A stretch of 64,000 nucleotides of DNA from Bdellovibrionales bacterium (GTDB taxonomy: Bacteria > Bdellovibrionota > Bdellovibrionia > Bdellovibrionales > JAGQZY01): NCBI GenBank assembly GCA_964230645.1, contig CAXRHT010000003.1:384001-448000 (forward strand). Reading direction: 5' to 3'. The stretch's first letter is position 1. Every line of letters starts with the position of its first letter. Under the pieces are notes generated by a model. It did no database searches. It saw only the letters and a program-made list of their open reading frames with translations, and was not told the origin of the DNA. The position numbers and the translations under genes were made by a program. Of the stretch, positions 19,826 to 28,374 are shown piece after piece.

Positions 19826-20760
19826 CAATACCCCCCTGTCTTCAAGAGGCGGCACTCTTCGTAATGGGTTTTTGCCAGTTTGTATTTTTCAGAATTCTCG
19901 TCATTGATCAGTATAAGGGCTTTCTCAAATTCAGCAGCACAGCGATCATACATTAATTTATCGCGATATTTTTGACCATCTCGCAGGTGAGTATCAATCA
20001 AATCGGCCTGCTTTTTCTTAGCTGTTTTTAAATACTGTTGGGCACGACCATGATTCTGATCACTAGCAATTGTAGTTCCAAAAGAGTCAATAGCGCGACC
20101 ATGCTGACCGTTAAGAAGGTCTCGAAAGCCTTGAATAAAATGTCTTTCTACCTGATAGAGATGTTTTTTCTGGGAGAGCTTCTTTTTCTCCTGGTAAGAC
20201 TCTCTGATCAAAGAGGTTCTTTCCTTGCTTTCTTCGATCTGCTCTTTTAGATCCTCTGAGGTTGCGAGCTTGAGCTCTTCTTGAGCGACAGGCTCTTGTT
20301 GTAGAAATTTGAAGGCAACGGCCAGGACCATAATAACACCGAGAAAGATTTTTATTGATTTCTTGTTCTGTGCCTTTTCCTTTGCCACAACCGGGTCAAC
20401 TTTAGGAGCAGGCCCTAGTTGTGGTTTCGCCTTTTCGTTGGTGCGGCTAGAGAAAACGATTTTTGTTTGACCGAAGGTAATAACATCACCGGGCTTTAAA
20501 ACGGTGTTCTTACAGGGTTGACCATTAACTTTAGTCGTTCTGCGGGAGCTAACATCCTCACAGATCACATTGTCAGTAAAGCGGATGGTGCATTGCTGGC
20601 GACTCACCTTGGGGTCAGTTAAGGTTACCTGACAACGAGGGTCGCGACCAATGCTGATGCGAGGTGGTTTAATAAGGAAAGCTTTGCCTTTATCCGGGCC
20701 GGATTCGACACGAATGATAAAGTCTACAGCTTTAAAGAGGTTTTGTTTCAGTGCACTCAC
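19825..20760 (-). CDS. FHA-domain membrane protein with TPR-like C-terminus
   Basis: IGRDPRC...VSRQQ...VNG FHA motif, one TM, helical repeats. Confidence 0.85.
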   Translation of the reverse strand: MSALKQNLFKAVDFIIRVESGPDKGKAFLIKPPRISIGRDPRCQVTLTDPKVSRQQCTIRFTDNVICEDVSSRRTTKVNGQPCKNTVLKPGDVITFGQTKIVFSSRTNEKAKPQLGPAPKVDPVVAKEKAQNKKSIKIFLGVIMVLAVAFKFLQQEPVAQEELKLATSEDLKEQIEESKERTSLIRESYQEKKKLSQKKHLYQVERHFIQGFRDLLNGQHGRAIDSFGTTIASDQNHGRAQQYLKTAKKKQADLIDTHLRDGQKYRDKLMYDRCAAEFEKALILINDENSEKYKLAKTHYEECRLLKTGGY

Positions 20761-22400
20761 TCTTCAAACCCCTCGTCGTCATCGTACACTTCTGCAAAAC
20801 ACACCACGTAGTAACTAATGTTTCCAAGCTCTTGAATGGATTTTATAGAGACCTCAAAGTTCATACCACTACCAGAGGGTAGGGGATTGGAATGTTTCTG
20901 GTTGGGATTATCGGCACACTTCTGTAAAAGGTCTTTTATATTTTCCACCAGAGAAGGGTCTGTTAAGTCGTCGACATATTTATCCTGAAGTTGATCGTCA
21001 TCAAATAGAGGATGGCCGCTGATATAGTCGTTTTGGGCCATAATCGTTTCATTTTCAGGGCTAATCGCCAGAGCAGCCACAGGAAACATCTGTACCAGTT
21101 CGTAGGCTTCCATGGATTTATCACCCACTCCAACTGACATTTGATTGGACTCATCTTCTGACATACGCGAAAGGGCGCTATTAATATTAGAAACCAGTTT
21201 CTGGAAGATGGGTGTGGGAGTTTTTAACTCTATATTATTTGAACCTTCTTTAAGAGCCATGTTCATTTCTTCATTGAGGTCATAAAGAGGTTTTGTGATC
21301 ACTTTGTAGAGGAAAAAGTAGAGCACACCACCGGCTAATATTGTAATAAGAAGAATTTGAATCATAAGACTCAAAGTTCTCGGTACATCAAGAGCCACTC
21401 GGTCTAGGTTATAAAGGACAATAGCGTAAGCAATAGGAGCCGGTTCGCCTGTTTGAGGATCAGTGTAAAGGATGGGTCTTGAAACCCCTATGCGGTTATC
21501 TAAAATCTCATGGTATCGGCCGGGCTTCTTACGAGCTCTTTGCACAAAAGGGATACTTGGAAAACGTCCTCTTTGTTTTACTGGCGCGATCACGTGTCCA
21601 TCGAGAGCATCAATAATAAAAGCTTGGTCCACACCCGCTTCGTTTCTTACGGCGCGAACATTAACACTGATATCATTTTTGCTAATAACGTGATCTCTAT
21701 TTTCTTGTACTAAAATTTTTGCCAAAGCGTCGGCTCGCCTGGTACTTTCGTCAACAACAAAGTCCCTTGAAACCTGGATGACTGGGATGACAGAGAGGGC
21801 TGTAACAAGCACCACAAAAAAGATCACAAAAGACATGACCACATATTTAAGGTCAAATTTATAGGAGTATTCATAGACTCCTGGAAGTGCTACCTCTTCT
21901 ATATAATATTCTACTTTTTCTTGTAGACTCAAAGCGGGCTTGTTTTCTTCATCTTTTGGCTTAACACTCGAGGATAGAATCTCAACTTCATTTGAGCCTT
22001 GAACGGGCTCCATTCCAAATTCGGCATGAGCCAGGGCATTGTTACCGTGGGTCTGAGTCTGTGAAGAACGCCGAGGTCTTGAATCCATTTCTGGAAGAAT
22101 GGAGACAAACTTAGGAAGTTGAATAACATCAAACAGAACTTCACCGAGAGCAAACTTGTCACCAGAGCGCAGAGCCTGGTTCTGAATTTTCACACCATTC
22201 ACAACAACACCATTGCTGGACTGGTTGTCAGAAATAATGACCTTATCTTCCATGACCATAATTTTTGCATGGACCTTTGAGACAGAGTGACTTCGAATCT
22301 TCACCGAAGACTGAGAAGAGCGACCCAGGGTATGAGAACCCTCGTCAAGTTGGTATATTTTGCCCGCTTGTGGGCCATTTAAAACCTTAATCGCCCACAT
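20757..22400 (-). CDS. FHA-domain two-TM sensor-like protein (extracytoplasmic domain, HAMP-like and PAS-like regions)
   Basis: LGRSS...VSKVH...SSNGVVVNG FHA; two TMs around a soluble domain; ITKPLYDLNEEM HAMP-like helix; no kinase motifs. Confidence 0.75.
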   Translation of the reverse strand: MWAIKVLNGPQAGKIYQLDEGSHTLGRSSQSSVKIRSHSVSKVHAKIMVMEDKVIISDNQSSNGVVVNGVKIQNQALRSGDKFALGEVLFDVIQLPKFVSILPEMDSRPRRSSQTQTHGNNALAHAEFGMEPVQGSNEVEILSSSVKPKDEENKPALSLQEKVEYYIEEVALPGVYEYSYKFDLKYVVMSFVIFFVVLVTALSVIPVIQVSRDFVVDESTRRADALAKILVQENRDHVISKNDISVNVRAVRNEAGVDQAFIIDALDGHVIAPVKQRGRFPSIPFVQRARKKPGRYHEILDNRIGVSRPILYTDPQTGEPAPIAYAIVLYNLDRVALDVPRTLSLMIQILLITILAGGVLYFFLYKVITKPLYDLNEEMNMALKEGSNNIELKTPTPIFQKLVSNINSALSRMSEDESNQMSVGVGDKSMEAYELVQMFPVAALAISPENETIMAQNDYISGHPLFDDDQLQDKYVDDLTDPSLVENIKDLLQKCADNPNQKHSNPLPSGSGMNFEVSIKSIQELGNISYYVVCFAEVYDDDEGFEE

Positions 22401-22734
22401 AGAGAGTGTCTCCCACTTTCAAATTTGTTTTTTCAATAAACCCTGTGCCTGTTTCAAGAACAGAGTGAGCTCCAAACACAGGAGCCGGAAATCTCCAGGG
22501 TTTTAAATTCTTCTGTATTTTTTTAACTTCTCCATTTTTGCGAAGATAAACGACGTCAATAGGTATGGACATAAAGCAGGTGTGAATCCAATTGCTTTTC
22601 GGAAACCACATGCCTTGATCTTGCGAAAGACTTTTGGTGCCTATAAGGCCCAGCAACCTTGGCTTAAAAGAGTTGGCGACTTTTAAATCGGCAAGCAAGG
22701 TTTTATTTTGTTCTTTCAAAATCAACTTCGCCAC
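22387..22734 (-). CDS. DUF192 family protein
   Basis: RLLGLIG, IHTCFMSIPIDVVYL and SVLE motifs; GGAGG RBS before GTG 22734. Confidence 0.85.
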   Translation of the reverse strand: MAKLILKEQNKTLLADLKVANSFKPRLLGLIGTKSLSQDQGMWFPKSNWIHTCFMSIPIDVVYLRKNGEVKKIQKNLKPWRFPAPVFGAHSVLETGTGFIEKTNLKVGDTLYVGD

Positions 22735-22735
22735 C

Positions 22736-23635
22736 TTAATTGCCTCCATAAATAAACTGCAGTCCCACAGGTGCAAAGACCATGATAAAAACAGCTGGAA
22801 TAATGAACATCATCATCGGTAATAAAATCGCTTGTGAGGCTTTGGCTCCGGCTTTCTCGGCGCGAACAAACCTTTCCAGTCGCATTTGCTCGGATTGCTC
22901 TTTAAGAACATCACCGATACTGGCGCCAGTTGAGTCAGCATCCGTTAAGACGTTTACAAAGCTTGTGACTTCCGGAATATCAAGACGACGGGCCATCGAT
23001 TTCAGGGCTTGCTCTCTGGTGCTACCAAGTCTTGTGTCTCTGAGGACTTTGTCGAGTTCTTTCGCTAGCAAACTGGATTCTGCAGAATCAGATATTTTTT
23101 GTATGGCTCCCATAAAGTCAGCACCGGCTTGGGTGGAAAGAGCGAGTAGATCCACAAAAAATGGAAGATCGATAATGATCGCTTGATAGCGTGTTTTTTT
23201 CATTTTGTTGGCATGAAGATCAGGAATCATCCAGCCAAAGGGAATAGCGATAACAAAAACGAACCAAGGATAGCCTAGGACAAGAGAGAAATTCAAAATG
23301 GCAAGAAGGACTGGAAAGAAAAGACCCCAGAGAAGCTTTAAGCCAATAAACTCATCCACGTTGAGCTCGTTTTCAAGCCCACCAGTCATGATTTTGTATT
23401 CGATATCTTTTCGGAAGCTCTCTCGCTTAATTCGCTTGGCGTATTTGAGTGTGAGTTGATGCACAAGCGGGCGAGACCAGTTAATGATTGGAGATTCCGA
23501 TTTATCCGGTTGGTCGCCAGTGGCCCATGACAGAGCTTTACTATCTTCGTTGACTACGAAAATGGTATACACGGTCCATAAGACGGAGAAACCAGCCATC
23601 AATATTCCCAAGTACAACAAATAATCGCTTCCCAT
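22736..23635 (-). CDS. tadC: Type II secretion system F family protein, TadC-like
   Basis: LPFFVDLLALSTQAG, ARRLDIPEV, GASIGDVL and RAEKAGAKA motifs with TM segments. Confidence 0.85.
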   Translation of the reverse strand: MGSDYLLYLGILMAGFSVLWTVYTIFVVNEDSKALSWATGDQPDKSESPIINWSRPLVHQLTLKYAKRIKRESFRKDIEYKIMTGGLENELNVDEFIGLKLLWGLFFPVLLAILNFSLVLGYPWFVFVIAIPFGWMIPDLHANKMKKTRYQAIIIDLPFFVDLLALSTQAGADFMGAIQKISDSAESSLLAKELDKVLRDTRLGSTREQALKSMARRLDIPEVTSFVNVLTDADSTGASIGDVLKEQSEQMRLERFVRAEKAGAKASQAILLPMMMFIIPAVFIMVFAPVGLQFIYGGN

Positions 23636-23664
23636 TTTTAAACCTTTTGTTTAAATAATCCCCT

Positions 23665-24264
23665 ATGCGCGAACTCTTTCTCACTTCAAAATCTCCAAGA
23701 CGAAAAGATATTCTTGAAGAGAAGGGCTATGAGTTCCACATATTCCCAATAGAAGTATCGGAAATTCTTGATAAAAACCTGAATTTACCAGACCAAATTT
23801 CCGAGTGCGCTCACCAGAAGGTGAGGGCGGCTGCCGAGTCTCCTAAGTTCCCGAAATCAGGAGACAAATTGTTACTTGGTGCGGACACTGTGGTGGTTTA
23901 CGACAAAAAAATATTGGGAAAACCCAAAAACGTTCCTGAGGCTATTAATATTTTAAACCAGCTTTCAGGCCAGGTCCATGAGGTGATTACAGGCTTTTGT
24001 CTATTTGATCTCAGTTCAAAACGTCTCATATTGGATCACGATTCAACAAGAGTGAAGTTTAAAAAATTGGATCCAAAGGTGATTGAGGACTATGTGAATA
24101 GTGGAGATCCCATGGATAAAGCCGGAGCCTATGGTATCCAAGGAGAGGCTCGGAAATTTGTGGAATCCTTTGACGGCTCTCTCTACAATGTTATTGGTTT
24201 ACCTATAGAGAAAATCGAAAAAACTTTTAAACAAGAGAATTGGATTGTTAAAAAAAAATCTTGA
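23665..24264 (+). CDS. maf: Maf family nucleotide pyrophosphatase
   Basis: SKSPRR, GADTVV, ILGKP, DKAGAYGIQ and NVIGLP motifs. Confidence 0.95.
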   Translation: MRELFLTSKSPRRKDILEEKGYEFHIFPIEVSEILDKNLNLPDQISECAHQKVRAAAESPKFPKSGDKLLLGADTVVVYDKKILGKPKNVPEAINILNQLSGQVHEVITGFCLFDLSSKRLILDHDSTRVKFKKLDPKVIEDYVNSGDPMDKAGAYGIQGEARKFVESFDGSLYNVIGLPIEKIEKTFKQENWIVKKKS

Positions 24265-24925
24265 AAACATAGAGGCGAAACTAAAAACGGAAAAGCAGAA
24301 AAATCCCGAACTGCTCGATCCTCGCATTATCGCCGTTTCTAAAAAGCAACCTATAGAAAAAATCAGGGAACTTAATGATCTGGGTGTCACTCATTTTGGG
24401 GAAAACTATGTGCAAGAGGCCCTCGACAAAATGGAACAGCTTAAGGATTGCAATATCCATTGGCATTTTATTGGGAGTCTTCAAAGCAAGAAATTAAAAG
24501 ATATCGTTGGACGTTTTGAATATATTCATTCAGTTTCAAGACTTAAAGAAGTGGACAAAATTTCCTCGCTCATGCAGGGCCAAAATAATCCCCAAAAAAT
24601 ATTTGTACAAATAAATATCGGTAAGGAAGAGAGTAAATCCGGAGTTTTACCGGACAAAGCCTCTGATTTCTGCCAAAAAATAAAACAGACCCCGGGAGTG
24701 CAGGTGGTAGGGCTGATGTTTTTTCCACCTCTTGGTAAAGATGAAAAAGAGGATCAAAGCTGGTTTACTGAATCTCGCAAACTCTACTTAGAGATTAAAA
24801 AAAATATGGGCCCAGATTTTAACCGACTTTCCATGGGAACGAGTCAAAACTATTATATCGCCTACCGCGAGGGTGCCTCGGATCTGCGGGTGGGAGAGTC
24901 TCTCATGGGGTCAAGATCCTCATAA
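24245..24925 (+). CDS. yggS: PLP homeostasis protein YggS
   Basis: IAVSKKQ, FGENYVQE, WHFIGSLQ, LSMGTS motifs. Confidence 0.95.
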   Translation: MLKKNLENIEAKLKTEKQKNPELLDPRIIAVSKKQPIEKIRELNDLGVTHFGENYVQEALDKMEQLKDCNIHWHFIGSLQSKKLKDIVGRFEYIHSVSRLKEVDKISSLMQGQNNPQKIFVQINIGKEESKSGVLPDKASDFCQKIKQTPGVQVVGLMFFPPLGKDEKEDQSWFTESRKLYLEIKKNMGPDFNRLSMGTSQNYYIAYREGASDLRVGESLMGSRSS

Positions 24926-25043
24926 TTATGTATTAAGGGCGTGCAATGGGGCCCTTCTGTTGAGACTTTGTCAAATCTTTGAATTATCAAAGCTTTTGGC
25001 CCATAATCATTGATGACCAAGTTTACAAGATGAAGGACGTGGC

Positions 25044-25874
25044 ATGAATTTCTCTTTAGCAGACAAAAAGTTAGGGATCATCGGCTTAGGAAATATGGGG
25101 CAGTCCGTTTTAAAAGCCCTTTTGAAGTCCCAAACTCTCAAAGAAGATCAGATCTATGTCCACACCCGTTCTGAGGGAAAAATAAAAAAAATTCTGTCGC
25201 GTTATAAAGTTCAGCAAACAGAAACGGCTGAGCAATTGGTCGATCAATGTGACATGATCCTTTTCAGCGTCCAACCACAAGACTTACTAGAACTTCTGGA
25301 GCCTTTACGGGGAGCCTTTACTAGTGAAAAAGTGGCTATGAGTATGGCTCCCGGAATTAGTTTGCGAACGCTCCGCAAGTACTTACCGGAACCTAGTCTT
25401 GTACGAATTATGCCCAGTGCCCCCGCTCTTGTTTCTCGCGGAGTGATTCATTTTTGCATTCCAGAATCCGACATGATTCTTGAGAAATTGGTAAAGAAAC
25501 TTTTTTCCCCTTTGGGTTATGTTGTGTCTACTGAAGAGGGGGAGGAGTTTTCAGCTCTCACTATATCCTCAGCCAGTGGAGCCCCCTTTGTTCTTGAAAT
25601 CATGAAGTATTGGCAAGATTGGATCCAGGAGTATGGATTTGAACCTGAAATTGCTAAAAAAATAGTCGTTGAAACCTTTTTAGGCGCTGCGCTACTGGCC
25701 GAAGAAAACGAAGAGACCACTTTTCACCAGCTAACAGAAAGGCTCGCGTCAAAAAAAGGGGTCACCGACGCAGGATTGTTGTCTCTGAGAGAGCTTGAAC
25801 TTGAAGGAATACTCAGAATGAGCTTTAATAAAGCACTGATGCGTGACCACGAAATAGGAAAGGAAAATTCCTAA
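25044..25874 (+). CDS. proC: Pyrroline-5-carboxylate reductase-like protein (divergent motifs)
   Basis: GIIGLGNMG NAD(P)H motif; RIMPSAP, SSASGAPF and ASKKGVT variants of ProC motifs; yggS-proC synteny. Confidence 0.8.
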   Translation: MNFSLADKKLGIIGLGNMGQSVLKALLKSQTLKEDQIYVHTRSEGKIKKILSRYKVQQTETAEQLVDQCDMILFSVQPQDLLELLEPLRGAFTSEKVAMSMAPGISLRTLRKYLPEPSLVRIMPSAPALVSRGVIHFCIPESDMILEKLVKKLFSPLGYVVSTEEGEEFSALTISSASGAPFVLEIMKYWQDWIQEYGFEPEIAKKIVVETFLGAALLAEENEETTFHQLTERLASKKGVTDAGLLSLRELELEGILRMSFNKALMRDHEIGKENS

Positions 25875-25906
25875 TAAGGTTATGACAAAGACCAGGGAGG
25901 GAGATT

Positions 25907-26422
25907 ATGAGAGTCGCACCCATTGATATTGCTCAGAAAACATTTAGTCGCAAATTTTACGGTTTGGATACAGAAGAGGTTTACGATTTTCTTCGAGACG
26001 TGGCCGACGATTTTGAAAGCCTTGCAAGGCAAGTCGACCAACTTAAAGAAAGCCAAAAGAGAAACGATGAATCTCTAGAGGAGTACAAGCAAAGAGAAGA
26101 GGCACTAAAACAAACTCTTCAAACCGCCTCTCAGATGTCTGAAAGAATGAGATCAGAGGCTCAAAGAGAAGCTGATATTATTATTAAAGAGGCTCGTCAG
26201 CGAGCGGACATCATTATCAAAGAAGCCAGGGATTCTCTGCGCAATATGTATCAGGACATTAATGATCTGAAAAAATCACGTATGCAGTTTGAAGCCGGAT
26301 TAAAATCCCTAGTGAAAGCTCATCTTGCCATGATTGATCAAGGCCACACAGTGGTTCCTGATCCAAAAGTACAAGCCGATATGGTGGAGGAGAACACTCC
26401 CGAGAGGCCGGCTGAAGTCTAA
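25907..26422 (+). CDS. divIVA: DivIVA domain coiled-coil protein
   Basis: PIDIAQKTFSRKFYGLDTEEVYDFL N-terminal DivIVA motif followed by coiled coil. Confidence 0.9.
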   Translation: MRVAPIDIAQKTFSRKFYGLDTEEVYDFLRDVADDFESLARQVDQLKESQKRNDESLEEYKQREEALKQTLQTASQMSERMRSEAQREADIIIKEARQRADIIIKEARDSLRNMYQDINDLKKSRMQFEAGLKSLVKAHLAMIDQGHTVVPDPKVQADMVEENTPERPAEV

Positions 26423-26450
26423 AATTCAGGCGTTTTATCATTTTCAAAAG

Positions 26451-26479
26451 AGGAGAGCCCTAGTCGCTCTCCTTTTTTT
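26451..26479 (+). terminator. Rho-independent terminator after divIVA
   Basis: AGGAGAGC-loop-GCTCTCCT followed by a T run. Confidence 0.8.
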
Positions 26480-26535
26480 ATTGGTGTTGTGCGCCCTTAC
26501 TAGCCTCGAAGCCTTTTGCAAGGCACATTCAAGAC

Positions 26536-27750
26536 ATGACATCGGAGCAGAAGCGGTCGTTAGCCCTCATATTCTTCACGGTTTTTTTGGATTTGGTCGG
26601 ATTCGGAATCATTCTTCCGCTCATTCCCTACCTTGCTCGTGAGTTTTCGGCCACCCCGCTTGAGATTGGTCTCCTCATGGCGATCTTCTCATTCATGCAA
26701 TTTATTTTTTCTCCCATGTGGGGAAAGCTCAGTGATCGTTTCGGAAGAAGACCGATTATTCTTACCAGTCTTTTTGGGGCCACTTTTGCCTATGTATTTT
26801 TTGCTTTTTCAAAAGAGCTTTCGCTACTTTTTGTGGCTCGAGGCTTGGCTGGATTCTTTGCGGCCAATATCTCTGCGGCTCAAGCCTACATCGCAGACAT
26901 CACTCCCAAGGAAAAACGCTCGGTGGGAATGGGCTTAATCGGTGCGGCCTTTGGCTTAGGCTTTATAATGGGGCCAGCCATTGCAGGTCTCACTGGTCCC
27001 ATTGGCGAGGCCATAGGAGATGAGGCTCCCTTTGGAATTCAGTTCTCAGCCCTTGTAGCAGCCGGCCTTAATCTTATAAATCTCATTTTAGCTTTTTTCA
27101 TGCTTCCGGAAACTCTTACGGAGGAAAAGAAAAATCAAAGTTCACGGGTGGGGAGAGTGGAGTCTTTTACTTTTGTGTTTAAAGATCCTCTCTTAAGATC
27201 CCTCTTTCTGATCTTTCTTTTAATCAGTTTAGCGATGGCTCTTATGGAAGTGATGGTCTTTCCGTTCGTTCAAGACCGCTTTAATTGGGGTTACAAAATT
27301 GCGTCCATCAGTTTTGCCTATGTAGGGATCGTGATGGTTTTAACCCAGGGCTACTTTATTAGAAAATGGATTCCAAGATTTGGTGAGAAAAAGACCTTGT
27401 TCTTCGGGCTGGTTGCCATGATGCTCAGTTTCGTTGGTATAGGCCTTAGTCATTCTATTGCTTTTCTCGCTGTGGTTATGACTTTGTTGGCGATTGGTAA
27501 TGGTTGTATGCGACCACCGATTGTGGGGCTGGCCTCAGTGATCGCTGATGATGAGCAGCAAGGTTACGTTCTTGGTGTAATGAATTCCATGGGAGCTATT
27601 GGCCGTATCGTAGGACCGGTGATTGGAGGACTTCTCTATCAGGAAATCTCCCAAGGAGCCCCATTTTACGCCTCGGGCGTTCTAGCGCTCTTATCTGTTC
27701 TCATTTATATCACGGTACGTTCGACCTTACCGGACCCCCAGAAAGAGTAG
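26536..27750 (+). CDS. MFS transporter, TetA/DHA1-like
   Basis: GKLSDRFGRRP motif A, AYIADIT, about 12 TMs. Confidence 0.9.
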   Translation: MTSEQKRSLALIFFTVFLDLVGFGIILPLIPYLAREFSATPLEIGLLMAIFSFMQFIFSPMWGKLSDRFGRRPIILTSLFGATFAYVFFAFSKELSLLFVARGLAGFFAANISAAQAYIADITPKEKRSVGMGLIGAAFGLGFIMGPAIAGLTGPIGEAIGDEAPFGIQFSALVAAGLNLINLILAFFMLPETLTEEKKNQSSRVGRVESFTFVFKDPLLRSLFLIFLLISLAMALMEVMVFPFVQDRFNWGYKIASISFAYVGIVMVLTQGYFIRKWIPRFGEKKTLFFGLVAMMLSFVGIGLSHSIAFLAVVMTLLAIGNGCMRPPIVGLASVIADDEQQGYVLGVMNSMGAIGRIVGPVIGGLLYQEISQGAPFYASGVLALLSVLIYITVRSTLPDPQKE

Positions 27751-27856
27751 ATCTTGCTTTCAAGCCTTTGTAAAAACTTCTTCAACTTAGCTCCAGGCTT
27801 TCATTCTCCCAGCGAATTCGCTAATCAGACCTAGTATCTCTTGCAAAGGTTTTGTC

Positions 27857-28309
27857 ATGAATAAAATTTTAATACTATTAGTAATTTTAGTGGGATCTTA
27901 CAGCCATGCTATGGAGACAGTGACTGTTCCCTTCAGTAATGGTGATTTGGAATTAACCGCTTCTATACAATTTTCAGAATCGGACGATGCTATTTATGTC
28001 GAAGATGTTTCCTTGGAAATTCCCTCAGTTTCTCATGGAACCCTTCTGCTCGTGGCAGAATTTGGTTGGGGCGATGGTCCCTATAATTATTTGTGTGAAA
28101 CTATCAGCCAATCTCTTCTCGGGTCGAAGACCTACAAATACGCATCGGCATACGGATACGTGGCGGAGCCAAGCCTTCTTGGTGGTTTTCTCACGAGTCG
28201 CTCCTACTTGATCATTAATCGAGACCAGTCATTTACGGTTGCGGATTCTTACCCGAATTCCACCTATGACTCCGGTTTTGCCTGCTACGCTCAAGAGATG
28301 GTTTATTAG
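27857..28309 (+). CDS. Hypothetical secreted protein
   Basis: Signal peptide ending SHA; no recognised domain. Confidence 0.6.
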   Translation: MNKILILLVILVGSYSHAMETVTVPFSNGDLELTASIQFSESDDAIYVEDVSLEIPSVSHGTLLLVAEFGWGDGPYNYLCETISQSLLGSKTYKYASAYGYVAEPSLLGGFLTSRSYLIINRDQSFTVADSYPNSTYDSGFACYAQEMVY

Positions 28310-28374
28310 CGTCTCGAACGGCCTTTAATTAGGCTTTTTTTGGCCAAGACAGCGCCTTTTATTTGTGCTAAACC

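Noticed and set aside
22782..23186. 134-aa ORF antisense to tadC, and the many similar short shadow ORFs in the track
   Set aside because: They are opposite-strand or alternate-frame shadows of motif-supported genes, and I saw no independent coding evidence for them
26334..26642. 102-aa ORF bridging divIVA and the MFS gene
   Set aside because: Overlaps both genes out of frame and runs through the divIVA terminator
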